Origin: Antedon mediterranea
Lineage: Eukaryota > Animalia > Echinodermata
Direction: 5' to 3'
Length of the DNA stretch: 64,000 nucleotides
Assembly: GCF_964355755.1 (NCBI RefSeq)
Contig: NC_092679.1
Span: 24,845,432-24,909,431, forward strand
A program made the translations under genes and the position numbers. The stretch's first letter is position 1. Each line of letters begins with the position of its first letter. The notes beneath the pieces are model-generated. The model searched no databases. It was not told the origin of the DNA and was given only the letters and a program-made list of their open reading frames with translations. Positions 1 to 12,720 of this stretch are shown piece after piece.

Positions 1-189
1 CCTACAGTAAGGCCGTCCACGAGAGGTCGATCGCCGCGAGCTACTTAGGTAGTGCATTGTTTCTCATTTTTTATCATAATTTACCATAAAACGTACATTT
101 AAGACAAGGAATGACATGGTTTAATGTTTTTAAAGTGATATATATGTATTATTTTCCAAAAAACGTCCAATATTGCAGGGAAGGGGTCT
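1..189 (+). mobile_element. Kolobok-like MITE family A, right part (runs off window start)
   Basis: Ends TGCAGGGAAGGGGTCT followed by TTAA (190-193). Near-identical to the right part of the copies at 227-3091 and 44343-44971. Confidence 0.8.
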
Positions 190-1909
190 TTAAGTAAACA
201 ACTTTATATATTTTATAAGCATTTAAAGCCCCATTCCCTACGTTTTTTAGATCTAATTTAAGATCACAAACTATATTTAATGTAAAAATAATACTATATG
301 GTCCTATTGCGATAACTTTTTTCGTCTTTAAACGGTTAAAAATGTGAAAAATAAGTCGATTCTAATAATTATAGCGGCCCGCTATAAATCCCAAAATGCA
401 TTGCGCGCGGATTGATATTTTTGTTTTTCACCTGTAATTCGCCCACTTTTCGATCGATCGTGAGGCCAAAACAAATGGAAGACTCCTAACTTTTCAGCGA
501 AAATACCGGGTTTTCCCCAATTTGTATCAACGGAGTCTGGCAAAAATAGAAATACAATTAATGCAGCAACTATACAACGTCAGGCTAGGTATATAGGTAG
601 CGTACGATGTTCGTACGTTACCGATGTTTACCAGCTAGGCCTACAAAACTAAGCCTAGCTAGGCTAGGCCTAAGACCGTCCACGAGAGGTCGATCGCCGC
701 GAGCTACTTAGGTAGTGCATTGTTTCTCACTTTTTATCATAATTTACCATAAAACGTACATTTAAGACAAGGAATGACATGGTTTAATGTTTTTAAAGTG
801 ATATATATGTGTACAGCCACATCAAAACCAGGCGCTTGTCGCTAGATAGGGATTTGTGTAAAATGCATTTGAATGTGTGAAACTCATATTTTGACCATTT
901 TGTTTTTTTACCATTATCTGATAGGAAATTTACCGTAGATTTCAAAAATACATATCTTATTAACTAATTCAAATGGAAAGGTGGTAAAAATTACATAAAT
1001 CTGAGCCTCTATCCTCGTGTTTCGATTGAAAGAACGTGGTAATTCGTTATAAAAAAGCAGTTATTTTCGTCATTCCTACGCCGTAATTTTGTAGATAACC
1101 CCTGAAAGCTTGGTATCATTCGATAGGTATTTTGTTCATGAATCTAAAAATAAATGAGTGATGTCACAGATTGTACGATATAGACCAATAAAAACCGATT
1201 TTATAGAACCCTTTAGTGTAAACAAAAACGGCCTTGTTGCTACGAACACGCTGAAAGAAGCGATGTGATTGGTTTAATTTTGTCACATGACCCATCCAGC
1301 ATGGAAAATTCCAGGTCAACAAAATCTTATCGCTAGTACACGCTTGTCGAGAAAAATATATTTTTTATAGTTCATCTAAGTACTGTACACAGTAATACTA
1401 AAGTGACGTGTACTGACTCAGACTTGATAACAATAAGTTATAACATACTAAAGTAAAGGGCCTAGCTAAGTTATTTATCGTAAGAGTTGATATTAGCAAT
1501 GTAACTCTCAATCCACTGGCACTAGGCCTAGGCCTAGCTAGGTTCAGTAGGCTAGACCTGGCTCTACTAGTAGCCTAGGCCTAGTACTATAAGCCTAGAC
1601 TAGGCGGAGATCCGCCTAGGCCTACTACTACGCTGGGCTACTAGCCTAGATAGGCTGCATGGCATAGTAGGCCTAGCTAGCTAGTAATAATAATAGTAAT
1701 AACAACAACAAGGCCTAGCCCAATTAAAATAAGATAGAGTTTTCCTCTCTATAGTATAATAAGCCGGGTCCTCCTGGAAGGCTTTACTTTACTTACTAGG
1801 CCTACTGCTGGGCTATTTTATTTATTTCAATTTGGTTAAATTTCATTATGCTTAAAAATTGCCAATGATGGGTTGGGTGTGTGGGGAGTGTGTGCAAAAC
1901 ATAAACCGT

Positions 1910-2388
1910 AAAAACCAGTACAATACAAATCCCTCACAAATAAAATACTGGTACCTTGGCTAAATTTCACGTTATTCATCATGCTTAAAAACATTGTTCA
2001 AGCTAACAGGTGTGTCTATCTGTCATGATCAGACCAGGTGCTGGTTCAACAATAGACGTATTACATAACATTAACAACAGTAAAATCCAGTACAATACAA
2101 ATCCCTCACAAATAAAATACTGGTACCTTGGCTAAATTTCACGTTATTCATCATGCTTAAAAACATTGTTCAAGCTAACGGGTGTAGCTATCTGTTATGG
2201 TGCTGGTTCAACAATAGAATACATAACATTTTTTGAAGGTTTGCATGGCGAAATCAAATGTTGATATAAAGTTTGCGGTACACCACGTATATTAAGTCTG
2301 AAAAGAACTGTTGAGTTTCTCTTACATACATAACATTAACACTAAAAACCAGTACAATACAAATCACTCACAAATAAAATACTGGTAA
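1910..2388 (+). repeat. ~170-bp tandem repeat (about 2.3 units) inside the 809-3043 element
   Basis: CCAGTACAATACAAATCCCTCACAAATAAAATACTGGTA recurs near 1915, 2087 and 2349. Confidence 0.85.
2231..2325 (-). mobile_element. Penelope-like pLTR retrocopy (family P1) with 12-bp TSD
   Basis: Flanked by ATACATAACATT (2219-2230, 2326-2337). Homologous to 42873-42932 and 8498-8620. Minus-strand 3' end is ...CGCCATGCAAACCTTCAAAA. Confidence 0.7.
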
Positions 2389-3699
2389 TTGAATTTTGCC
2401 GACCAGAAACGAGGGACATTGTGTGCCCTGCGCCATTTTGAACAAAAAGCAGATAAAATAAAGTAAAAAGAGAAATAAAATTGAATAAAGTTCATTAATA
2501 AAATGTTTGCTGTTTTTTTAAAATTTGTTTAGAACTAATAATAAGCTAAGGCAATCTTCCTGAATACCTACTAGTAGGCCTACTGTATTATTCTTACACT
2601 ACACTATTATAAATGAATTTGACAGATTTTACGTAAATTAGTGGTACTTTGTAATCGTCATAATTAACTATGATAACCACCTCGGATTTTGATGATATTT
2701 TCATGAATATCAGAAAACACTATATTGAATAAGTGTGCCAAATTTCAGAATGATTGTTTATCTAGAAAGTAGTGTTGCTAAGGTGTTAATTGTTCAAACT
2801 GTAACAGCATGGGGCAACTTCCTGTCTGATTTGTCATTAAACTTTGACTGTTAATTACTCAGTAATTACAAATAAATTGTTGTATAAATGCTATATACAT
2901 TTATTGCCATAACTCTGGGAATATTTGCTTGATTTAAATATCCAAACACCATTTTGAAGGATATATTGTGAGGAATACCATTATAGTATCAACTAAAAAA
3001 ATATATATTTCACCAAGTGCCTGGTTTTGATGTGGCTGTACACATATGTATTATTTTCCAAAAAACGTCCAAAATTGCAGGGAAGGGATCTTTAATAACA
3101 TGTTTTATTGATATTTCCAATGGTGATATATAAAATAAATTACTAAAAAACGTAATTATATGTAATTATTTTAACCAAAAATGGAGTAGTTAACAGAATT
3201 GTCGACTGAGGCCGCAAATTGTTTTACTTCTTTCGTGGCTAAAAACGATCATTTTCTGCGATGTTTTAGACCCTATATTTCGAAAACTACAAATCAGATT
3301 TTCCTAATTCTTTCTTTATTGTAATATGAATACAACATACTAACAGATAATGTTGGTTTGGTTTTAATTTTGCATCGTTATCCTCGGATATAAGACAATA
3401 TGACTATGTAATCCTTGATCAGAGACGTCGTGTATGTACACCAATTTTGTCGGCAAATTGGCAATTCCCGGCCCCCCCAACTTCAAAATCCTGGATACGC
3501 CACTGATTATAGCAGCTGAGTTCTCAAGTACTACGGAACATTCATGATTACTATGGCAATTATGTTATATATGTATGTGGAGATTCTACAAACATACCTA
3601 TAAAATTATGTGAAACCCTGGTAAAACACAATAATTACATGGATAAATCAACAACCCCGCATTCATGGAACGGTTTGTTTGATGCTCTCTTCTCTGTTC

Positions 3700-4060
3700 T
3701 TGAAAACGTTTTCCGACATTAGGCTTTCCACAATTTGTTTCCATATTTTTCTGTTTTGAGCAGGATGGTTTGTTATTGTGCTAAAGTCTACATTTTTTAA
3801 ACTTTTAAATCCTTTTTTATTTGGTTTATCCAGTTTTCTTTTGGTCTTCCTGGTGGTCTTTTTACTTTCTTTTTAGTTTCCTTCATTGCTTGTTTATTGG
3901 CGTATCGTCCATTAGTCTAATTATGTATCCATACTATTTTAATCTTCTTTGTTTTACTTCTTGTTGTTTGATCCAACATGATCAAAGCAGTACTTGCTTT
4001 GTACAGTAACTTGTGTTCCTGCTCTTTGTAGTACATCCATTCATAGAAACTTTATCCTAA
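3700..4060 (-). pseudogene. Decayed RTE-clade LINE ORF C-terminal fragment
   Basis: Minus-strand translation, with a frameshift: EVKQRRLK*YGYIIRLMDDTP..MKETKKKVKRPPGRPKENWINQIKK. This matches the RTE C-terminal R(L)xWxGHxxR...RxxGRP..W signature. Confidence 0.6.
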
Positions 4061-5201
4061 AACATGACTATTCTTTGGCTTTAGTTTAGGCATTCTAGCA
4101 TATTTTGAGGCGTTTTAATCGATAAACTGTAGAAGAAGACATTTTTGTCAAGTTTGGAAGGTGCAGACGTCCCAAACTTAAAACATGTAATATACGAAGG
4201 TTTTACAACATTTATAAACTATAGAGGACACTATAATCATAGAGGGTGCTATTACAATTGAAAAAATATTGGCTTTTATAAATAGAAAAATGGATTTCGG
4301 TTTCCAAGTTTGAATTTTGGCTTTTTCTCATTTCATCAGATTTCTTATTGTTTCAAAATGAATCAAAAACATTTTTAGTTTATCATAGAGCAGTTTAGAA
4401 TTTCTTCCTGTAAATTACTATTATTTATGAATTTTAGATTTTGTTCAAGATTGCTTACAGAATAAAGTAATATATAAGTTCTTATCCAAGCCAAGAGGGG
4501 AAATGTTTTAAGTACCCTGTTTAAATAGCCATACTTCCTATTAATCCATACCCAGTTGTTGACAATATTAATACTCTGCACTGATACTGTACTACAGTAG
4601 CTGCAACATAGGAGTATATGTTTTCATATGTGTTTCATTCCAAAATGACCGGGGTAAATGTATAGTGCTTAGAGGTTTTCCAATATTGTACAACTACCCT
4701 GCCTCTGTAACCTATTGTTGTATTTGTTTATTGAGATGTTTTATCTTTCTGTAAGTTAAAAAAAAATGTTTTAATTTTATGAATATAAAGGATAATAAAT
4801 TTCATATTTCAGGAAAAATACATTTTTAGAGGAATTGGAGTCCCTCCTTCCTAGTGATAAGTCGGAGGAGTAAATCTTGTGCACCCGACCTAAAAATTAA
4901 GAAAGGTAGGCCTACTGTGTTTAAATGTGTTTCTATAAAAAAAAATTAATTATCTTTTATTCATATTTTTCGTATTTCTTCTACAGTATTTACTCATCTG
5001 GTCGCGGCTGCATGTGTGGCCGGCCTGGTGTAAGCAATCGTTTAAAAATTAGCGTCCGACTCGATCATCATTTTACCATTATTTATTCTCAACTTTAATG
5101 ATTGAAAAAAAACACTTTTTCATGGCGATTTGATTAAATGTGAATGACGAAACAGCGAATACAATTAACAAGGGTCAAGAAATGCTACAACATTGTTATT
5201 A

Positions 5202-5324
5202 TTAGTCGCGTGGACGGTCGGTCGGTCTGTCTGTCGATCTGGCATCAACTGTTTTGATGTACATTATACTTTTGAAAGTTCATTTTTTTCTGAGAGCATG
5301 CGACTTATGGCTGTTGGCCTTGTT
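5202..5324 (+). mobile_element. Short degenerate non-autonomous Helentron (HINE-like)
   Basis: TTAGTCGCGTG start, (GTCG/GTCT)n microsatellite, inverted GCGACT near the 3' end, GGC..GCC hairpin and CTTGTTT terminus. Confidence 0.5.
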
Positions 5325-6246
5325 TTAATAGTAATACGCTATACCCACCACTAAATCCGCCACTGGAAGACATTAATACACCGCACAACACCATAGTTCA
5401 AATGTCATCAAGTATCAATTTATATTAAAATTATTTTGATGCTACTGTATACTCATAACTTCTTAAATATATACTGTACAGTACTATATAAATTCAAATA
5501 TAATTTATTATTGGAAACTGTATACACACTGTATAAACTGTATATCTATAAACTGTATACACTGAGTAAGAAAAATTGAAATTTCATATATTTTATAAGT
5601 AAGATATTTTAAAGTTGAATGGCCATGGAATTATTGCATGCCTAATTGATATTTAGTTTAGAAAGTAACTTAAGACAGTATGATTAATAGTAGAGATATA
5701 GACAAGTTAAATGATAGTCATGGTCAATCTATTCTGATCCCCTTTTTTTACCTTGAGACCTTCTGAGAGGTGAATAGCCTGCTCTGTGTTCTATTATTAT
5801 ATATTAAAAACACAGTTATCCCTACGTTTTTTTGATCTAATTTAAGGTCACAAAACTGCAATAGCAAAAAGTGTATAATAATGAACAAACATCCAAGGTG
5901 GAGACAAGTGGGGCATAATCTCCCAAACTATCCCAACCCGCTATCACACACCATTTTAGTAGTTAATTATGTAGTAAACCTTTTTCCTTTGGTCTGCAGT
6001 AATAATATTAATAATAAAGGGCTTAATAGCACAATATGCAAAACTTCAATGCGCTTAACAAAGAAATAAAAAGCGGAAAACTAAGAGAAAAAAGATTTAA
6101 AAAAGTGAATCCTCAGAGCGATTCCAAAGGGGCGACAGAGGCCCAAGAATGTTTTATTGACGAATGGATGGGATGAGTGAGTAGAGACTCGGAACTAGAC
6201 CACAGAGACCTCTTAGGAATATAAGTGAGGAATTATAAAGGGATTT

Positions 6247-6640
6247 GGAATACCCCTATTCAGGGGACACTTTCCCAAAAAAACGAGGGGAAATAATGCT
6301 TTAACTACCCAGTTAAGGGAATATGATTTGTCATAAAAAAAAATCAAATAATTATATCCATTTATATTAGTAATACAAAAATGGATCAAAATAAATAAAA
6401 ATGGGTATCATAATAATTGATAATAATACTTTATCTGCTTGACAGTTTTTATTGTTGAAGCAGTCTGCTAAATTAGTATATTTGTTTTGTTTTTTTCCCC
6501 ACGAAAACCCCCTCTAAAGGGGTCAACAATTTTGTTTTTTTTAGTTAGTGACCCCTGAATAGAGATACGTCCCCTATTCAGAGGGCACACCTATTTTGTT
6601 TTTAACACGAAGGTGTCTTCTTAATAGGGGTTCCATTGTA
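6247..6640. mobile_element. Degenerate Tc1/pogo-type MITE
   Basis: Repeated CCCCTATTCAG(A/G)GG(G) palindromic subterminal motifs. Right end GGGGTTCCATTG|TA. Confidence 0.45.
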
Positions 6641-8240
6641 TTTGACACCTCACCAATAACAACAAAAATCCATATAATAGGTCACCCACCAAAAAAAAAC
6701 ATGTCCCGTTTTTATGCCTGCAATTTATGGGATATGGTTTTAATTTAAATACACTATTATTTTCTACAAACAATTTTGAATGATTGAAAATTGTATTAAT
6801 AAAATGTAATGTATATTTGAACTTGATAATTAATATTCATTTACTAAATTCTATGGATAATTTACACGGTAGTTTTAATACAATATAAATACATTGTAGC
6901 AATAACAGTAACAAAGATATACATAAACTCTAGTGTACATTTTATTATTCCTTAAATTACAAATTGTTAACCCACAATATAAGCAGCGTCTTTGTTACAC
7001 ACAAAATAATAACTGAATTTTTATTATTTAACTCCATAAAATACGCGAAATCAGTGAAGTGTAACATTATAAGCATAATACACACAACTATAGGTAGGTA
7101 GGAAAAGGTAGGTCATGTCACCAGAGCCATATGGTCTGAACATAAGAGCATCCCATACTAACTTATAAATATGCAAATAAGTCTCAAGCCAAACCTATTA
7201 ATATTTAAATATGGTAGCTCCAGTATGGAAGAAAGGTTCACCTGACCTCATGTGAACTTGATTGAGCAAGACTGAGTGAGTAGTTGGAGCTATTGTGTAT
7301 GTGTAGCCTCTACACTGTAATTGGCTGTGACAATAATAAACCTCCACACAGTAGGGAGCTTCCCTGTTGATTTGACTAGGCAGTACTGTACATTGCTTTG
7401 CTTCATACTGTATCATTTAGATCACGTCTCGGTTTCCATACCTGTGGACTAAGACTATAGTTGAAGAGAGACCTGTCCATCTAGCCTGCCTGGCTCCATA
7501 CATAGTACATCATTTTGGCTTGGATTATTCTGATGATTGTGTCTGTGACGAGGTATTAGTGGGATTTTCTACGATATGTACTTTGTGTAGATTTGTGAGT
7601 CACTGACTCAATTTTTGCTGTGGCCTTGTGAGTACCATTTTATTCTGTTGTGAAAATGGTGGGAAGCCCTGAGTGGAATTCCCTAAAGGCTGTTATAGGG
7701 TAGTCTATTACTAAATGAACATTTTGATGAACTATAATACTAATATTTTTGATGCCTAGCTATAGTACATTGGCACATTGATATATTTACCTAACTAACT
7801 ACCATCTATTTATTGATTTCTTTATGTAGAATTTGGAGGATAATATTAATAAATGCATTTGTGGATTGAATCATTTTAAAGTTTGGCTGCAGTGACAACT
7901 ATTTTTAATGGATTTAAAAGTTAACATTGATTTTGATAAACCATAAACCTGTTGTATCACTGGTTTATATGTTTGTTTATGGAGTCAAGTATATGATTAT
8001 ACCAACTTTGAAGGAGGCTAATTTTGTGATCAGTTTCCTTATAATATTTTTATTGGAACCTTTCCTGGATATTTTACAATTTTAAATAACAAATGGATTA
8101 ATGCGGAGCAATCTTGATTCAACATTAGATGGTTGGAAGTGAAAGTGCATACCAAATATTCAATTATCCAGTGGATCAATTAATTTTCCTTATGTATACA
8201 TTTGAATCAGTAATTTGCAACAAACTGTTACTTTGTACCA

Positions 8241-8386
8241 ATGAGAAAATATTTAAATTGGTTGACTTCTCATAACTCAGAGAGTTTGACAATGCCTCTG
8301 TCTGAACATAGCTCTTCAACAACATCAAGTCTTCGAAGCAAAAGCCCGATCAACACCGCCATTGCACCGCCATTCAAGAGAGCCAG
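8241..8386 (+). CDS. Candidate short first coding exon of an unidentified host gene (phase 2)
   Basis: ATG..MRKYLNWLTSHNSESLTMPLSEHSSSTTSSLRSKSPINTAIAPPFKRA, then donor AG|GTTGGT. Preceded by about 1 kb of non-repetitive UTR-like sequence. No homology recognised. Confidence 0.25.
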
Positions 8387-8497
8387 GTTGGTATCATTTT
8401 TAATATGATTCCAAGGGAGGATCCACCAATTATAGATCAGGGGCGCTAAATATTTCATAAAGTATAAAAACGATCCGTCATGTTGCAGAAAAAATAC

Positions 8498-8620
8498 ATG
8501 TTGATATCAAGTTTGCGGTACACCACATGTATTAGTTCTGAAAACATGATTTCAGAACTAATACATGTATCGCAAACTTTATGTCAACATTTGATTTCGC
8601 CGGCTATGCAAACCTTCAAA
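8498..8620. mobile_element. Inverted (foldback) pair of Penelope-like P1 pLTR fragments
   Basis: ATGTTGATATCAAGTTTGCGGTACACCACATGTATTAGTTCTGAAA, then its reverse complement running out to ATGCAAACCTTCAAA. Confidence 0.65.
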
Positions 8621-9210
8621 GAAAAGATATAGTCGTTATTTTATTTTAAAAAGACATAACTGTTAAATTTTAGCCTAAATCGGCACCTGGATCCTGATAA
8701 ATGTAATTACTGCTTATTAAAGTGTGTTATTTGTAGGCCTACAATTGAGGAAAACATTTCAACATCTTGTTAAAAATCTATTAATTATTATTCTGTTTTG
8801 TTAAAATAATCAATTGCAAATGGTTTCATTATATTATTATTTATTTATAGTTCAATTTACAGTTGTTCTAGGATTCTTTTTGAATTTACAGTTATAATAA
8901 TATGCCTTTATTGTCATTTGCAAAATAATACTGGTACTTGACCAGGTTTGACCTATGTTTTGTAGCCAATTTTACTCAATAAAGTTAAGATGGTTGAAAT
9001 TATAATAACAGTGCTACTGTAGAGCAGACTAGATGATCAAGATCTGTAGCATATCTTATATATATGTGCTGGAGAATGATTTATTGGTGCTCATTCATTA
9101 TTAATTCACATATTATTATATCCAAGACGGTGTTATGAACTTAACATAGGGTGGGCCCTAAATATTTTTTATTATTTGGTTATTATTATTTGGGTAATAC
9201 GTCGTTCTTC

Positions 9211-9312
9211 GCGCTTAATAAGCCTCGATCTAAGGCGCTTAATAAGCCTCGATCTAAGGCGCTTAATAAGCCTCGATCTAAGGCGCTTAATAAGCCTCGA
9301 TCTAAGGCGCTT
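9211..9312 (+). repeat. 24-bp tandem repeat, ~4.2 copies
   Basis: (GCGCTTAATAAGCCTCGATCTAAG)4, perfect copies. Confidence 0.95.
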
Positions 9313-9566
9313 CATATATTTGTGACCGTTTGTTGCCATTTTTTTTTGTTAATCCTTGCTAACATGAGTAAATGTAGTGTTACATGTTTTAACACTACGG
9401 CCAACCCCTACTAGGGATGGGGACATCCATGACTGTGCCAAATGGCTGATGCAACCTCTAGTTTGTTGTTTTTTCACACAAATAGCAACAAAAACCAATA
9501 ATTATATTAATTTCTTGAGTCCAGATCAGTTATTGTTCACTTTAGTATCTGACCCGAAAGTATCCC

Positions 9567-10135
9567 CTAAAAGCCACTTTACCTATATTAAAAAAAAATC
9601 TAATTTAAGGTTACAAACTACATTTTATGTAATAAATACTAAATGGAACAATTGACAGTGAAAAATAAGTCTAGTAATTCAAGCATCCTGCTATAAATAC
9701 CTCGCGCACGGATTGATATTTTCATATTGCTTATGTGATGCACCCACTTTCGGTCGATCATGCAGGGAAGCAATTGAAAGAACCATATAACACCTTCAGC
9801 AAAAATACCAGGTCTTCCCCAATTTGTATTAATGGATTCTGTCAAAACAGGAAAGACAAATAATTCTGCAGCGAGACAACATCAGGCTAGGCCTATAGCT
9901 AACGTACAATGTTCAAATATTACCGCTCTTTACCAGCTAGGACTACAAAACTAAGCCTGCCTAACTAGACCTAAGACCATCTACGAGAGAACAATCGACA
10001 CAAGCTACTTAGGTAGTATATTCTTTTTATCATAACTAACCTTAGAACGTACATTTAAGATGACAAGGAATGACCTGGTTTAATGTTTTTTAAGTTATAT
10101 ATGCATTATTTTTACAAAATATCAATAATTGCAGA
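9567..10135 (+). mobile_element. Older diverged copy of Kolobok-like MITE A
   Basis: Colinear with 44343-44971 (e.g. CACCCACTTTCGGTCGATC, AGCTACTTAGGTAGT, GACAAGGAATGACC). Termini eroded. Confidence 0.75.
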
Positions 10136-11209
10136 ATCCTTTGCCCAATAAACCATCTATTATAATTATGTTGTAATTGTGTCTTTTTAAAGCTAGCTAG
10201 TCGGGTGTAAAGCAATTTTTCCATTTAGTAAAAAACAACAAAATATACCAACGCCTTGAACATTGTGTGTTGCAGAGTACTTGGTATGAGTCCATTAATT
10301 ATAAAGGTGTTCACAATTTAAGAACATGTGCCTGTACTGTTTTAGTCAAAATGCTTATTTATTTTCATCCCAACATTTTAACATTGTTTTGTAACCACAT
10401 GATTCACAGCGCATACTAGATTCCATTATTGATAGGGATGTCTACTATTTTAAGAACACATCTGTGCCTCAACTTGACTGTTTGTTCGAAACGATTAATT
10501 TGTTGCACCCCTAAATTAACAATCGCATAATCTATAATCATTCCACCATGTGCTACCGAATTTAGCTGTTTGCGTCCAGCAAAATACAGTCGCCTATTTG
10601 GGGAGGAGGACTACATTCTTTTTAGCTATATCGATTTTCCAATCGTCGTTGGTAATCTGGCGAAACGAATATCGTGAGCCTATAGTATAGTTTATAATAA
10701 ATAATGTTAATAATAGTATAGTTTTCAAACAATATTTTCATTATACTAGCACATGCCTTTGTTTACAGTGTGATGTAATTTTTAATGGCTTGTAGCGAGA
10801 CATAACCATCTGCCAAGGCATTATTTATATATTAACTGCACCAGCGGTGGCGCCAGGATCTTTCCAACGCGGGGGCTAAATTCCCCAACGGAGGGGCTAT
10901 ACGAGCGAAGCGAGCATCGCTAGGCTGGGGGCCAGGGGGCTGCCAAGGGCCCCCGGTGGGGGTGACACCCCCGGAAGCAACGCGTTATAGCGTAATTTGA
11001 GGCCGTTTTAATCAGATTTAGGGTAGCCAACTTTTTCCATTTTGTATGGTATATAGATAAAATACTGTGCGATAAAACACATTGCACGAGATCCTATGCG
11101 ATGACTGTGTAAATCCATTCTTTCAATTTTAAAAATGAAGTTCAATATGCCTATCATAGAAAATATACGCGAACGTAAAACTTCCCACGGGCCAAGATGT
11201 ATATTGTTA

Positions 11210-11891
11210 TAATCGCACCTACAAACAAGAATGATGTTTCTTAATGGTCTAGTTAGGAGTAGACTCACCTATGGTTGCCATGCTTGGAGGGCAACAGGAA
11301 GTGAAATGTCCAAACTTAGCACAACATACAAAACCTTCCTAAGAAGAATGCTAGTGAATGGCTTTCAAAGAGTCTGCCCACCAAACCATGTAGACATATC
11401 CTCAGATGAAGAAACAGATGAAAACTATATAGACTGGCGTTACGTAATTGATAATGACGATCTCTACAAAATTACTGGCTGTCAACCGCTAGAAGAATAT
11501 GTCTACAAGCAACAATTCAACTGGATCGGACATGTAATTAGAAAAGAAAATGAAGATCCTACAAAAATTCTTACTTTTCACACAACACAAAGTAAACGAA
11601 GAGGTCGGAAGATACCATCAGTACTTGATAGAGTTGTACAACAAAGTCAACTTACTAGATGCAACTTCATTAGAGCCTGCTTCAACAGAAATTTATAATT
11701 CCCAGCAATGTTTTAACTGTATATATGAACTGTTTTATAAGTTGTTTTGTGACTGTGTAATTTGGTAGTAGTCACTCTCATACTGTAGGCCTACATTTAA
11801 AAGTAACACATCCAAAAGCCAACTTCAAGTCAATGGCTACCAGATGTCTCTGTGAGACGGTTATTTGAACCAGTACCAGTACCAGTACCAG
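11210..11891 (+). mobile_element. 5'-truncated RTE-clade LINE (ORF C-terminus 11231-11698, 3' UTR, (ACCAGT)n tail)
   Basis: LVRSRLTYGCHAW...FLRRM...NWIGHVIR...KRRGR is the RTE post-RT signature. Short tandem-repeat tail at ~11869-11891. Confidence 0.8.
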
Positions 11892-11959
11892 CATAGGCAG
11901 GTTGCTGTCTGGTGGGGGTCCGAAAATTGTAAATGCGCGAGACTAACACCCATGGGCTG

Positions 11960-12720
11960 GTCTGTAAGAACATTTTGAAAAATAGAGCTGCTAGGTCCCC
12001 GGAAATTGCAATTATACATTGATATATGAAAAGAAATTACAAGTCTATCAGATAACCAGCCCACCGAGGTTGAGATAGAGCTAAGAACATTTAAACAAGT
12101 AGAGTTGCTAGGTCCCCGGAAATTAGATTATAGTAAATTTCGAAAAAAAAAGAAACAAAATATATACGTCTCCAGGACCAGCTACCATTAGGGATGAGCT
12201 GCCAAGAAAATTGTGAAAAATAGAACTGCTAGGTACCTGTAAATTGCACTTATATATGCCCATATTGATAAATGAAACGAAATTATAAGTCTACAGGACC
12301 AGCCCGCTATGGATGGTTGGGTGAAGCTAAGAACATTTTGAAAAATAGAGCTGCTAGGTCCCTGCAAAACATTGAAATACGAAACGAAATTATAGGTCTA
12401 CAGAACCAGCCCACCATGGTTGGGGTGGAGCTAAGAACATTTTGAAAAATAGAGTTTCTAAGTCCCGAAAATTAACGTATTATACTTTGAAGCATAAAAC
12501 AAAATATATACCGGTACGTCTCCAGAACCAGCCCTACCATGGATATGGAAAAAAAATTGAAAAAAAAAGAGAGCTCTATGTTCCCAGACAATGCACTAAC
12601 TGTATATTGTACATCGAAATATGAAACGAAATGTATAAGTATCCATGACCAGCTCTATAATTGGGGACGATTGAGCTAAGACAATTTTGAAAACTAGAGC
12701 TGCAGGTCTTCAAAAACTAC
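11960..12720 (+). repeat. Diverged ~115-130-bp tandem repeat, ~6 units, inside the hAT element
   Basis: Recurring CTAAGAACATTTTGAAAAATAGAGCTGCTAGGTCCC...GAAACGAAATTATA..TCTACAGGACCAGCCC. Confidence 0.85.

Larger units (their letters stand above)
809..3043. mobile_element. Non-autonomous TIR DNA transposon (4-bp ATAT TSD, Sola-like; or TA TSD)
   Basis: ~30-bp TIR GTGTACAGCCACATCAAAACCAGGCGCTTG / CAAGTGCCTGGTTTTGATGTGGCTGTACAC. ATAT at 805-808 and 3044-3047; the uninterrupted host sequence is visible in the copy at 1-189. No ORF. Confidence 0.85.
227..3091 (+). mobile_element. Kolobok-like MITE family A, split by the insertion at 809-3043
   Basis: TTAA|AGCCCCATTCCCTACG ... TGCAGGGAAGGGATCT|TTAA. 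A TTAA TSD with AG..CT termini fits Kolobok. Colinear with the intact copy at 44343 once 809-3043 is removed. Confidence 0.8.

Noticed and set aside
1520-1720. Dense TAGGCCTA/CTAG palindromes as a regulatory array
   Set aside because: Low-complexity motif scattered through many repeats in the window; no defined unit or spacing.
4813-4905. AG..GT bounded exon-like segment
   Set aside because: Stops in the plausible frames and no recognisable homology.
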